DNA of 64,000 bases from Gemmatimonadales bacterium (GTDB taxonomy: Bacteria > Gemmatimonadota > Gemmatimonadetes > Gemmatimonadales > GWC2-71-9), in NCBI GenBank assembly GCA_965249575.1, contig OZ252244.1, positions 3,648,001 to 3,712,000 on the forward strand. Direction: 5' to 3'. Below, one piece after another: positions 41,625 through 51,703 of the stretch (position 1 is its first letter; each line of letters begins with the position of its first letter). The position numbers and the translations under genes were made by a program. Below the pieces are notes generated by a model, which saw only the letters and a list, made by a program, of their open reading frames with translations, searched no databases and was not told the origin of the DNA.

Positions 41625-42848
41625 ATGATGACACATCCGTATCTGACCGAGGAGCATCATCAAGTTCGTGAGGCCGTTCGTGCCTTCGCCGATTCCGAAG
41701 TGCGACCGGTAGCCCGGCAGCACGATCTCGAGGGGACCTTCCCCTGGGATAATGTCAAGAAAATGGGCGAGCTGGGGTTTCTCGGTGCGCCGTGGGATGA
41801 GGAACTGGGCGGTGCCGGCATGGACATACTGTCGTACGCCATCGTCATCGAGGAACTAGCACGTGTCGATGCGAGCCACTCAATCACGGTCTCCGCTCAC
41901 ACGACACTGGGGACGTCACCGATCGTCAATTTCGGGACCGATGAACAGAAGCGACGTTACGTTCCGCTGCTCGCGCAGGGCAAGGTGCTTGGAGGATTCG
42001 GGCTGACGGAACCAGGCGCGGGGTCGGATGCGGGGGGGACGAAAACGCAGGCTGTCGACAAGGGGGACCACTACGTCCTGAATGGATCGAAGATCTTCAT
42101 CACACACGCGGGCGTTGGTGAGATCTTCGTCGCAACCGCGCGGACGGACTCTCGACCCGCGAAGCGAAACCACGGCATCACGTCATTCATCGTGACCAAG
42201 GACACGACGGACATCGAGACCGCCAGTCGACTCGGGGTCGGTCACGCGCCGGACCTCCCCAAGACGCCCGGCGTACGAGCCGCGAAGAAAGAAGAAAAGC
42301 TGGGCTGGCGGGCGTCCGATACACGAGAGCTCGTGTTCGAAGACGCAGTCGTCCCGAAGGAGAACGTGCTCGGCGATGTGGGGATGGGGTTCGTGAATTT
42401 CTTGAAGACGCTCGATTCTGGCCGCATCGGCATCGGGGCGCTGTCCCTGGGGATCGCGGTCGGCGCCCTGGAGGAATCCTTACGCTACACTTCCGAACGG
42501 AAGCAGTTCGGTCGTTCGATCGCGGCGTTCCAGGGTGTGCATTTTCCCCTCGCCGACATGGCGACCGAGATCGAGGCAGCGCGACACCTCGTGTACCACG
42601 CGGCATGGCTCAGTCAGAACGGGTTTCCGTTCAAGAAGGAGGCGGCCATGGCGAAGTTGTTCGCGTCAGAGCTCGCAATGCGCGCAACGACCAAGGCGGT
42701 CCAGCTCCACGGGGGAAACGGCTATACGACGGAGTACCCGGTCGAGCGCATGATGCGTGATGCCAAAGTCTGCGAGATTGGCGAGGGGACGTCCGAGATT
42801 CAGCGGATCGTCATCGCGCGCGAGCTGCTCGGTGAGGTGATCGACTGA
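41625..42848 (+). CDS. acyl-CoA dehydrogenase (short/branched-chain type)
   Basis: [51 protein letters not shown]. Confidence 0.93.
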   Translation: MMTHPYLTEEHHQVREAVRAFADSEVRPVARQHDLEGTFPWDNVKKMGELGFLGAPWDEELGGAGMDILSYAIVIEELARVDASHSITVSAHTTLGTSPIVNFGTDEQKRRYVPLLAQGKVLGGFGLTEPGAGSDAGGTKTQAVDKGDHYVLNGSKIFITHAGVGEIFVATARTDSRPAKRNHGITSFIVTKDTTDIETASRLGVGHAPDLPKTPGVRAAKKEEKLGWRASDTRELVFEDAVVPKENVLGDVGMGFVNFLKTLDSGRIGIGALSLGIAVGALEESLRYTSERKQFGRSIAAFQGVHFPLADMATEIEAARHLVYHAAWLSQNGFPFKKEAAMAKLFASELAMRATTKAVQLHGGNGYTTEYPVERMMRDAKVCEIGEGTSEIQRIVIARELLGEVID

Positions 42849-42897
42849 CGTTCGTTGCTCGCCTCCAGGGCCGCGGATCTTGCCCGTCTGCGATCCG

Positions 42898-44562
42898 TCA
42901 CCGACCGCGGAGCTGTTCATCCCGCTTTGCTTTGAACTCGGTTCCCGGCCGCCAATTCGGGAAGGATCGCTCCGAAGCGAGCCGATACCCGACCGCGAAG
43001 AGCAAGTGCAGATCGTCGATGGCGCCGCGAAGGTCCCACGACGGATCGTACTCGTCACTCGGCTTGTGGTACCGGTTTGCGGTGTAGTCTTCGCGCTGGC
43101 GTTTCCCCCACTCCTCCCCGCGCTCGATGTGGTCGATGCCCGCATCGATATAGAGAGCGGGGATCCCCTCTCGCGCGAAGCTGAAGTGGTCGGAGCGGTA
43201 GTAGAATCCCTTCTCTGGTTCGGGGTCGGGCCTCACCGTCCGGCTCTGTGCGGCGGCGGCCGCTTCCGCGTAATCATCGAGCTCGGAGTTGCCGTAGCCG
43301 ACGACCGTCAGGTCTCTCATCGGCCCCCAGACGTTGAGGCCGTCCATGTTGAGCGCGGCGACGGTCTTCTCAGGTGGCACCACGGGGTGGGTCGCATAGT
43401 AAGCCGAGCCCAGCAGTCCCTGCTCCTCGACGCCGACGGCGAGAAACAGAATCGAACGAGCAGGCCGACGATCGAGCGCCACAAACGCCTTGGCCAACTC
43501 GAGGAGTCCCGCTGTGCCGGTGGCGTTGTCCAACGCACCGTTGTAAATCTGGTCGCCCCCGAGTGAGGCATCGCGGCCGAGGTGATCCCAGTGCGCCATA
43601 TAGACGATGTGTTCGTCTTGCCGCTCCCGGCCCGCGAGTCGTCCGAGGACATTGTTGGACGTCGAGTGTTCGATGGCATTGCGAAGGGCAATCGACGCGC
43701 GCAGGCCGAGCGGTACGGCGCTAAAGCTCCGGGTAGCCGATCGGGAGCGAACCGAGTCGTAGTTTTGTCCGGCCTTCGAGAAGAGCGCGCGCGCGATGTC
43801 GGCGGGGATCCAGCCTTCGACGCTGACCCGAGACATGTTGTTGTCTTCTTGTATGAGGTCGAACTGCGGTCCCGACCAGCTGCTGCTCACGACCGTCCAG
43901 GGATACCCTGCGGGTTCCGCTTCGTGCATGATGAGGGCAGCGGCCGCCTCCTGGCGCGCCGCTTCTTCGAACTTGTAGGTCCAGCGACCGTAGTACGTCA
44001 TCGTCCGGCCATTGAAGAGCTCCGGGTCCCCCGTTGCGAAGCCGGGGTCGTTGACGAGCATTACCACTGTCTTGCCGCGCACGTCGAGACCCGAATAGTC
44101 GTCCCACCCGTATTCGGGAGCGACGATGCCAAATCCAACGAAAACCATGGGTGATTCGCGGATCTCGGCCCGCTCGACGACCCGCTTCGTCCACGCCATG
44201 AATCCGTCTCCATACGCAAGTCGCGTGACTCCCCCTGTGCCCGAAATCGAAAGCTGCGCCGTGGACCGTGCGGTGATCGACACCAGGGGCACCGCCTGGA
44301 AGAAGCTGTCCCCGTTTCCCGGCTCTAGGCCAAGATTGGTGAGTTCCTCACGGAGGTACTCGATCGTCTTCGCTTCGCCAGCCGAGGATGGGCCGCGGCC
44401 TTCGAATGAATCAGAGGCCAACAGCTGGATCCCGGCGTGCAAACCGGCTTCGGTGATGGCATCCAGAGCCGCAGAGGGTGGGTCATCGTGGGGAGCGCAG
44501 CCACCGGCCGCGCTCACGAGTGTGGCAGAAATCCCCGCTCCAAAAGCGTTTCGGATTCCCAT
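42898..44562 (-). CDS. M28-family metallopeptidase with PA domain
   Basis: AHWDHLG, NGALDNATG, EEQGLLGS, NMD, RSDH, YHKPSD. Confidence 0.9.
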   Translation of the reverse strand: MGIRNAFGAGISATLVSAAGGCAPHDDPPSAALDAITEAGLHAGIQLLASDSFEGRGPSSAGEAKTIEYLREELTNLGLEPGNGDSFFQAVPLVSITARSTAQLSISGTGGVTRLAYGDGFMAWTKRVVERAEIRESPMVFVGFGIVAPEYGWDDYSGLDVRGKTVVMLVNDPGFATGDPELFNGRTMTYYGRWTYKFEEAARQEAAAALIMHEAEPAGYPWTVVSSSWSGPQFDLIQEDNNMSRVSVEGWIPADIARALFSKAGQNYDSVRSRSATRSFSAVPLGLRASIALRNAIEHSTSNNVLGRLAGRERQDEHIVYMAHWDHLGRDASLGGDQIYNGALDNATGTAGLLELAKAFVALDRRPARSILFLAVGVEEQGLLGSAYYATHPVVPPEKTVAALNMDGLNVWGPMRDLTVVGYGNSELDDYAEAAAAAQSRTVRPDPEPEKGFYYRSDHFSFAREGIPALYIDAGIDHIERGEEWGKRQREDYTANRYHKPSDEYDPSWDLRGAIDDLHLLFAVGYRLASERSFPNWRPGTEFKAKRDEQLRGR

Positions 44563-44693
44563 TTTGGCTCCTCACGTCGGACCGTGGAGGGAACGTGTTG
44601 AGTAGTAACCGACGACCACCCACTCGCCCCGCTCAGGCACACTGGGATGGAGAACTTGCTCGCGGCATTGGGGCCGGAGGTTAGGCCCGAGCG

Positions 44694-44722
44694 TTGACGT
44701 AACTCATATACCCACCTATCGT
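44694..44722 (+). promoter_or_regulatory. sigma70-like promoter of the radical SAM-rng operon
   Basis: TTGACG-17 nt-TATCGT, 9 nt before the ATG. Confidence 0.5.
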
Positions 44723-44731
44723 TAGGGAACG

Positions 44732-47425
44732 ATGTCCTGGAATCGTGAAGCGATTGATCGCGTCCTGGCCGGCGAGATCCTACCCCTCGTCTCGAAGCCG
44801 AACCGATACGTCGGCAACGAGCTCGGATTGGTCGACAAGGACTGGGACACAGCCGCGGTTCGCTTCGTTCTCAGTTATCCCGACGCTTACGAGGTCGGGG
44901 CAAGTCATACGGGAACCCAGATCCTCTATCACATCGTGAATCGGAATCCGGGGTGGCTCATGGACCGGGTGTACGCGCCCTGGCCGGATATGGAGCACCA
45001 GCTTCGGGAGCGCAAGATCCCGCTATGGGGTCTTCAATACCGCCGGCCGGTGACCGATTTCGACGTGCTGGGTTTCACCCTTCAGTCCGAGCTCACGTAT
45101 ACCAATCTTCTCAACATCCTGGACCTGTCGCGCATTGCGCTTCACCAGGAGGTACGAGGAGTTGCAGACCCGCTCGTCTGTATCGGCGGACCCTGCGCGT
45201 CGAACCCCGAGCCGCTCGCGCCATTTGTGGACTTCGCGCTGATCGGCGATGCCGAAGACGCGATCGGCGAGATCTTGCACGTCGTCGAGAGCTGGAAGCG
45301 TAACGGCCGCCCCGACGGGCGTTGGGGAGTGCTGGCCTCGCTGGCCTCGATCCAGGGAGTGTACGTTCCGTCGCTGTACAAGGTTCCCCGGGGAGGTCGC
45401 ACGGCGCGACCGAGGCCCGACGCCTCCAACGTCGCCGCGTTTCCGGTCGTTGCGAGGAAGGTCCCGATCCTCCGCGAAGAAGACCATCCCCGCCAGATGA
45501 TCGTGAGTCTAACAGAGACCACACACGATCGGTTGCCGATCGAGGTAATGCGGGGATGTATGCGCGGCTGTCGATTCTGCCAGGCTGGATACCTCTACCG
45601 GCCCGCGAGGGAGCGTGATGTCGACGAGATCGTCGCGGCCGCGCGAGAGGGGATCGCCCGTTCGGGTTGGCAAGAGGTATCGCTGCTGTCCCTTTCGACC
45701 GCGGACTATTCGCGGGCCGGCGAGCTGACGGATCGGATGGGGCGGTCCATGGTGGACCGCGGCGTCAGCGTGAGCCTTCCGTCGCTCCGGGCCGACGAGT
45801 TCAGCGTTAGCCTCGCGGAGTCGGTCAGTCGCGTCCGAAAGTCGGGATTCACCCTCGCACCCGAGGCGGGAAGTCAGCGTCTACGGGACGTGATCAACAA
45901 AGGGATTTCGGAAGAGGACATACTCGCCGCAGTTGATCGGGCGATGGCCTCCGGGTGGACCAGCATCAAGCTGTACTTCATGATCGGGCATCCTACCGAG
46001 ACCGAGACCGACTTCGAGGAGTTGGCAAGGCTCGTCGAGAAGATCAAGGCGATACTGCGGAACCACTCCGGTCGCCGCCACATCACGCTCGCGTTCTCGC
46101 CGTTCGTTCCGAAGAGCCATACGCCATTTCAGTGGGAACGGCAGGACGACTTCGACGAAACGCGCAAGAAGCTCGCCTGGATCAAGGCCCGGTTGAAGGG
46201 GCAGGGGGTCGAAATCCGGCACCACCAGACGGCGGATACGGCCATCGAAGGGCTCATATCCCGTGGAGGTCGAGAAATCGCCGAAGTGATCCACGGGGCC
46301 TGGCGCCGCGGCGCTCGGTTCGACGGGTGGGGAGAGCACTGCCGCTTGAGTCATTGGACGGATGCGCTGGCCGACCAGGGACTGACCTTGGGTGACACCT
46401 TCCGGGAGATCGGGGAAGACGAAGAGTTGCCCTGGGAGATCGTGAGCTTCAAGATCGACCGCGACTATTTCCTCAAGGAGCGGCACAAGGCCTACGCGGC
46501 CGGCGAGACGGATGAGTGCAAGGACGTGCGGTGCTCGGCGTGCGGCGTCTGTGACTTCGATTCCCTGAAGAATGTCCTGGCGGAGCCCGGTGACACGGCC
46601 GCGCCCGGCGACCCGCCTTCGATGCTGCAGGGCGTGCCCACCACGACCGTGCGCCTCCGGTACCACAAAGGCGAGGCCGTACGGTTCATTTCGCACCTGG
46701 ACTTGCTCCGCGAGCTGGAGCGGACGTTGCGGCGGGCCGAAGTCCCCATGGTGTTTAGTGAAGGGTTTTCCCCACGTCCGCGACTTTCGGCAGGTCCGCC
46801 GCTCGCACTCGGATGGACGTCTGACGCCGAGTGGCTGGATTCCGACCTCGCGGGCGGATGGACGGAAACCGAGCTGAACGACTTGCTCCACGACCTGAAC
46901 GCACGCGTTGCGCCGGGGATCCGCTTCAGCATCGCCGCGGCGATGCCGCCGAGAACGACGTCCCTCGCCGCGGGCATTACAACGTCAGTATACGAGGCCC
47001 ACTTCCCGTCGCCTACGTTCGCGACGGACTACGGCCGGCTCCATGCCGCAACCGAGACCCTCCTCGCGGCGGGCTCGGTGGTCATTCGACGGCAACGGAA
47101 GGGGCGGGCCAGAGATATCGATATTCGCCCGTTGGTCTACGATCTATCCGTATTGAGTAGCGATACCGTTGCGATGACGGTGGCTACCGGAAGTCAGGGA
47201 TCGGTCAAGCCCACGGAGGTTCTTCAGGCGGCACTGGACCTCGACGAGGTCATCGTGCCGCTCATCCAAGTTCACAAGCTCGTGGCGACGACGACGTCCG
47301 GGGATACTCCCGACGCCCATTCGGAGTGTCGAGCTGAGGTGGCTGCGCTTGAAACGAGAAATCCTCATATCTGGGAGCCCGCGCGAGACGCGCGTGGCGA
47401 TCCTGGAGGACGATCGCCTTGTTGA
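44732..47425 (+). CDS. TIGR03960-type radical SAM protein fused to a TIGR03936/DUF2344-like domain
   Basis: KPNRY.G.E, YPDAYEVG, RGCMRGCRFCQAG, APEAGSQRLR; C-terminal RFISHLD..FSEGFSPRP. Confidence 0.88.
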   Translation: MSWNREAIDRVLAGEILPLVSKPNRYVGNELGLVDKDWDTAAVRFVLSYPDAYEVGASHTGTQILYHIVNRNPGWLMDRVYAPWPDMEHQLRERKIPLWGLQYRRPVTDFDVLGFTLQSELTYTNLLNILDLSRIALHQEVRGVADPLVCIGGPCASNPEPLAPFVDFALIGDAEDAIGEILHVVESWKRNGRPDGRWGVLASLASIQGVYVPSLYKVPRGGRTARPRPDASNVAAFPVVARKVPILREEDHPRQMIVSLTETTHDRLPIEVMRGCMRGCRFCQAGYLYRPARERDVDEIVAAAREGIARSGWQEVSLLSLSTADYSRAGELTDRMGRSMVDRGVSVSLPSLRADEFSVSLAESVSRVRKSGFTLAPEAGSQRLRDVINKGISEEDILAAVDRAMASGWTSIKLYFMIGHPTETETDFEELARLVEKIKAILRNHSGRRHITLAFSPFVPKSHTPFQWERQDDFDETRKKLAWIKARLKGQGVEIRHHQTADTAIEGLISRGGREIAEVIHGAWRRGARFDGWGEHCRLSHWTDALADQGLTLGDTFREIGEDEELPWEIVSFKIDRDYFLKERHKAYAAGETDECKDVRCSACGVCDFDSLKNVLAEPGDTAAPGDPPSMLQGVPTTTVRLRYHKGEAVRFISHLDLLRELERTLRRAEVPMVFSEGFSPRPRLSAGPPLALGWTSDAEWLDSDLAGGWTETELNDLLHDLNARVAPGIRFSIAAAMPPRTTSLAAGITTSVYEAHFPSPTFATDYGRLHAATETLLAAGSVVIRRQRKGRARDIDIRPLVYDLSVLSSDTVAMTVATGSQGSVKPTEVLQAALDLDEVIVPLIQVHKLVATTTSGDTPDAHSECRAEVAALETRNPHIWEPARDARGDPGGRSPC

Positions 47426-48881
47426 ATTGCTTGTGGATCATCCACAAACCCGTCGCACGGTCGGCAACATCTATCGCGGTACGGTCGAGGCCGTCAAGCC
47501 CGGCATTCAGGCGGCGTTCGTCGACATCGGGACGGGGAAGAGCGCGTTCCTCCATGCGTCCGACCTAGTCGAGGCGGAAGAAGACGACGAAGAGGACAAC
47601 GGTGGTAGCGGCCGCACGAGTCGCCCTCATCGCAAGATTCCCAACGTCGACGAAATCCTAAAGCCAGGCCAAACGCTCTTGGTTCAGGTCGTCAAGGAAG
47701 CGATCAGCACCAAGGGCCCCCGGGTTACCGCCCAAGTGTCCCTCGCGGGCAGGTACCTGGTGTACCTGCCGTTCGCATCGAAGATCGGGGTCAGTCGCAA
47801 GATCGAAGCGCGCGAGGAGCGGCTCCGCTTGCGCGAGATGGTTCGCGCGTTGGCTCCACGCAACGCCGGCGGCATCATCATTCGCACGGTGGCCGAGGAC
47901 CTGAACGAGGACCATCTGAAACGGGAGCTGAAAGCGCTGGTCGGGTTGTGGAGGAAGATCCGGCGGAAGGAGGGCTTTGTTCGCGCCCCCGCGCTAGTTC
48001 AGCGGGAAGCATCCCTCACCAGCGGCATCATTCGCGACTTGTTCAGCGACAAGGTGGACGAGCTGCACGTGGACTCGCGCCCACTATTCAAGGAGATTCG
48101 CCGGTATCTCAACCAGGTGGCGCCCGATCTTCTCGATCGGGTGACGTTTTACCAGTCCTCTGAACCGCTGTTCGACAAGTTCGACATCGAAAGCGAGATC
48201 CGGGATCTCTTCAAGAGGCGGGTTGATTTGCCGACTGGCGGATACGTGATCATCGAGCCAACCGAGGCGCTTGTATCGATCGACGTCAATACGGGTCGCT
48301 ATACCGGCAAGAAGGATCCCGAAAAGACGATTCTCCGAACCAACGTGGAGGCAGCTCGAGAGATTGCTCGGCAGATTCGACTGCGGGACGTCGGGGGCAT
48401 CATCGTCATCGATTTCATCGATATGGAAACCCGTGGCAATCGCGACCGCGTGTTGCAGGACCTGAGAACGCATCTTGGCAGGGATCGAGCGCGAACGCGG
48501 GCGTTCCAAGTGTCCGAGTTGGGTTTGATCGAGATGACCCGGCAGCGGGTGCGACCGTCGCTATGGCACTCGATGACGGTGGATTGCCCGGCCTGCAGCG
48601 GCACGGGGAGGGTATTCAAGCCTGAGGTCGTGGTCCGGAGGCTCGAGCGTACGCTCATACGGGTCGCGCACCAGCAACGGGAGAATCGCGTGACGGTGCG
48701 GCTGCATCCGGAAGTAGCCTTGTACCTCCTCGAGCAGGAGCCGGAGTTTCTGGCAGACGTCGCGAAATCGACTGGGATCAGGCTCGAGATCCGCGACGAT
48801 CCAGTCACGAGCGTAGACGAGTTCCGGATCGTTTCCCAACCGGCGGGTCGAGACGTTACCGAGCGGTACCTCGTGGCCTAG
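47349..48881 (+). CDS. rng: ribonuclease G/E family
   Basis: GNIYRG..AAFVDIG (S1), SIDVNTG, RLRDVGGIIVIDFIDM, GLIEMTRQR, CPACSGTG. Confidence 0.92.
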   Translation: MKREILISGSPRETRVAILEDDRLVELLVDHPQTRRTVGNIYRGTVEAVKPGIQAAFVDIGTGKSAFLHASDLVEAEEDDEEDNGGSGRTSRPHRKIPNVDEILKPGQTLLVQVVKEAISTKGPRVTAQVSLAGRYLVYLPFASKIGVSRKIEAREERLRLREMVRALAPRNAGGIIIRTVAEDLNEDHLKRELKALVGLWRKIRRKEGFVRAPALVQREASLTSGIIRDLFSDKVDELHVDSRPLFKEIRRYLNQVAPDLLDRVTFYQSSEPLFDKFDIESEIRDLFKRRVDLPTGGYVIIEPTEALVSIDVNTGRYTGKKDPEKTILRTNVEAAREIARQIRLRDVGGIIVIDFIDMETRGNRDRVLQDLRTHLGRDRARTRAFQVSELGLIEMTRQRVRPSLWHSMTVDCPACSGTGRVFKPEVVVRRLERTLIRVAHQQRENRVTVRLHPEVALYLLEQEPEFLADVAKSTGIRLEIRDDPVTSVDEFRIVSQPAGRDVTERYLVA

Positions 48882-48910
48882 AGTTCGCACGGAGGAGCCC
48901 GAAATGGCCG

Positions 48911-48939
48911 TTGACTGCTCAAAGGCTCCCTGCTAGAAT
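48911..48939 (+). promoter_or_regulatory. sigma70 promoter of rplU-rpmA
   Basis: TTGACT-17 nt-TAGAAT with TGn extension, 8 nt before the ATG. Confidence 0.7.
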
Positions 48940-48947
48940 CCAAGCCT

Positions 48948-49265
48948 ATGTCTTATGCGATCTTCATTGCCGCTGGGCAGCAGTTCCGTGCTGAAAAGGG
49001 GACGACCCTCAAGGTGCCGAAGCTGCCGGGGGACCCCGGGAGCAAGGTGACCTTCGATGACGTGCTCTTATCGAGGGACGGCGATACGGTTCGAGCGGGC
49101 CAGCCCACCGTGAAGCACGCGAAGGTCACGGCCCAGATCGTCCGGCATGGCAAGGCAGCGAAGATCGTCGTGTTCCGTTTCAAGCGGCGAAAGAACTACC
49201 GGCGGAAGACGGGGCACCGGCAGGGGTTCACGGAGATCCGAGTCACAGACGTCAAGGTAGGCTGA
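48948..49265 (+). CDS. rplU: 50S ribosomal protein L21
   Basis: YAI...[19 protein letters not shown]. Confidence 0.97.
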   Translation: MSYAIFIAAGQQFRAEKGTTLKVPKLPGDPGSKVTFDDVLLSRDGDTVRAGQPTVKHAKVTAQIVRHGKAAKIVVFRFKRRKNYRRKTGHRQGFTEIRVTDVKVG

Positions 49266-49273
49266 GGTGGTGC

Positions 49274-49543
49274 ATGGCGCATAAGAAAGGTGTTGGATCC
49301 AGCCGAAACGGTCGGGACTCAAATCCCCAGTACTTAGGGGTCAAGCGGTATGGCGGCCAGCTCGTCCGAGCCGGACACATTCTCGTCCGTCAGCGAGGAA
49401 CGAAGTTCCATCCAGGACGGAACGTGCGCCGAGCGTCGGACGACACACTGTTCTCACTTGTTGACGGGCGGGTCAAGTTCGAGCACAAGACCAAGAAGCG
49501 TTACAAGATAAGCGTCTATCCCGTCCAGACCTCCGCCGCGTAG
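49274..49543 (+). CDS. rpmA: 50S ribosomal protein L27
   Basis: [26 protein letters not shown]. Confidence 0.98.
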   Translation: MAHKKGVGSSRNGRDSNPQYLGVKRYGGQLVRAGHILVRQRGTKFHPGRNVRRASDDTLFSLVDGRVKFEHKTKKRYKISVYPVQTSAA

Positions 49544-49588
49544 CATTCCTCTCTCGGCGAACTGGCTACCCGGGTTTGACTGCCGGGC

Positions 49589-51703
49589 CTAATTCACCAA
49601 CTCGAAGCTGAACGGTTGCCCTAGGCGCTCGATCTTTACGATCCTGCGCGGGGTGTCACGCGTGATGTAGAGCGCCAACGGTGCCGGTCCACCACTGATC
49701 TCGACGCGATAGACGGGGAAGAGTCCAGCGGGTACGCCGAGGTTTCCAGTAGCCGTCACGGTGACCGTGACCGGACTGATCGCACCCGTCGAAGCGTTGA
49801 GTCCGTGCACGGAGTACGCGACGTCCTGATCGAGTGCCAGCGCAGGGACGAGCGCCGTCAAGGCGTTGACCTCGATGGTTCCCGCGACGACCGTCGTATC
49901 CAGCTCGAGTAAACGCGGTGTCCCGCCGGGCTGTGGGGACGTGGCGTGACCGATGGCACGGCCGTCTCGAAGCTCGACGTGCAAGTCCACGGTCTGTCCA
50001 CTCATCCGTCCGGCTTGATCGACCGAGCGCAGCTCCAGCGTCGACGCGTCGACCCGCACCGTCGTTTCGAGGCTCCAGTTAGCCATGGGAATCGACGTGC
50101 GCTCTCGATAAACGATGCTGTCGCCCCCGCGGACGAGTTCGCTCACCATGGTACCCAGCGCGTTGCCCTGAACGATGGCGACGAATGAATCACGCCGCGC
50201 GGCGAACTGGTTACCATCGAGGGCGAGCGGCGCCGGTTTTGGGTGAAGATCATCGAACGCGATCGGCGTACCGTCCGAGTCCACGATCGAGACGGGGCCC
50301 ATGAGTGCGAGGTCATCGTAGAGTTTCTCGCCGTCGCCCACGACGACGATCGCGGTGCGAGCGGGGTCGAACAAGTCCGCCGCGGCAGAAAGGACCCTTC
50401 CAGGAGTGACGCTAGCCAGCCGTTCCCGATAGCGAACGAGGTGATCCGGGGGGAGGCCCGCAAATCGGGTCTCGACCAGGCGCCCTGCGATTTGCTCCGG
50501 GGTCTCGATGTCCCGTGGAAATGCACCGGCGAGGTACCTCGCGGCTGCGGCGACGGTGCTGTCCGGCAGCACCTCGATCCGCATCTGCTCGAGCTGCCCC
50601 GCGATCTCCGTGAGGAGATCAGAGGTGAGTTCGGCCCGGACTTCCGTGCTGATGGAATACGATCCTGCCCTGGCGAGGACCGTCAGCGCTGTCGTCGCCC
50701 CATAGGTCCAGCGCTTTTCGTCCCGGAGCACCCTGGTGAGGCGTCCGTCACTCGCGCCCAGAATGTGATCGAGGATCATCCGAGCTTCGTGTAGGGAATC
50801 GGTCATTGCAGGAGCAGGATGGCCCACGGCGACGTGGGATTGGGTAGCGCCTCGCCGGTGTACCAGGAGGACTCTGGTTCCCAGCGGAGCCGGGGGAGCC
50901 TCGGGTTGAGTGGGGCGGGAGGAGGATGGAGTGGTCCAGTCGGAGAGGTGCCGTTCTGCCAGGGCGCGCACTCGGTCGATTGTAATGTCCCCCGAAGCGA
51001 CCAAGAGGGCGCCCCGCGGTGAGAGCCGGGAACGACCGGATTCACGAATCGCCTTGACGGGGATGTTACGCACACTGGAGGCGGTGGCTCGCCGGCCGTA
51101 AGGATGGTCCCCAAAGAGCGCGCCCGCGAGAAATCGTTCGCTAAGCGCAGCGGGCTGAGCGCCCGCGGCTTCGATTGCTTCCAGTAATCTCGTTCGCTCG
51201 TGCTCGACCTGTGCGTCCGGAAAGGACGCACCCTTCACGATATCCGCGATCAGACCCAGGGCGCCGTCGACCCGGTCGCTGGGGACACTCAACGAGAGCG
51301 TGGAGTGATCCACCCAGGCCTCGGTGCTCAGGGCGCCACCGAGGGCTGTGACCTCGCTGGCGAGTTGAGCCGGCTCTCGAGTGGAAGTGCCACGGATCAT
51401 GACACGGGAGATGAGGTCGGCGAGTCCTTCCTGGCCGGGGGGATCATGAGCCGCTCCGCGCGGGAGGCCAAGTTGTAGGGAGACGAGCGGCACTTCGTGA
51501 TTCTCGACGACCAGGAGTTGCACGCCGTTCGTCAGCTCGTCCTGAATCATAGGGATGCGTAGCGGTCGCATCGGGAGGGGGGGTGGAGCGGCCGTGGGGT
51601 ACTGCGCCGCGAGCGTGTCTGGCGCCCAGCCCCCGCACAGTGTCATGGCGATGAGCGCGAGCCCGACCAACCATTGCGGCTGAGAAATGTTCCTGGCGCT
51701 CAC
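49589..51703 (-). CDS. exported M16 peptidase-like protein (non-catalytic type) with an extra C-terminal beta-rich domain
   Basis: LTNGVQLLVVENHEVPLV, GLA..RGT, HPYG, RL..LRDEKRWTYG; no HxxEH. Confidence 0.8.
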   Translation of the reverse strand: MSARNISQPQWLVGLALIAMTLCGGWAPDTLAAQYPTAAPPPLPMRPLRIPMIQDELTNGVQLLVVENHEVPLVSLQLGLPRGAAHDPPGQEGLADLISRVMIRGTSTREPAQLASEVTALGGALSTEAWVDHSTLSLSVPSDRVDGALGLIADIVKGASFPDAQVEHERTRLLEAIEAAGAQPAALSERFLAGALFGDHPYGRRATASSVRNIPVKAIRESGRSRLSPRGALLVASGDITIDRVRALAERHLSDWTTPSSSRPTQPEAPPAPLGTRVLLVHRRGATQSHVAVGHPAPAMTDSLHEARMILDHILGASDGRLTRVLRDEKRWTYGATTALTVLARAGSYSISTEVRAELTSDLLTEIAGQLEQMRIEVLPDSTVAAAARYLAGAFPRDIETPEQIAGRLVETRFAGLPPDHLVRYRERLASVTPGRVLSAAADLFDPARTAIVVVGDGEKLYDDLALMGPVSIVDSDGTPIAFDDLHPKPAPLALDGNQFAARRDSFVAIVQGNALGTMVSELVRGGDSIVYRERTSIPMANWSLETTVRVDASTLELRSVDQAGRMSGQTVDLHVELRDGRAIGHATSPQPGGTPRLLELDTTVVAGTIEVNALTALVPALALDQDVAYSVHGLNASTGAISPVTVTVTATGNLGVPAGLFPVYRVEISGGPAPLALYITRDTPRRIVKIERLGQPFSFELVN

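Noticed and set aside
49568..49586. Hairpin CCCGG/CCGGG between rpmA and the M16 gene as a terminator
   Set aside because: Short stem with no U-tract on either strand.
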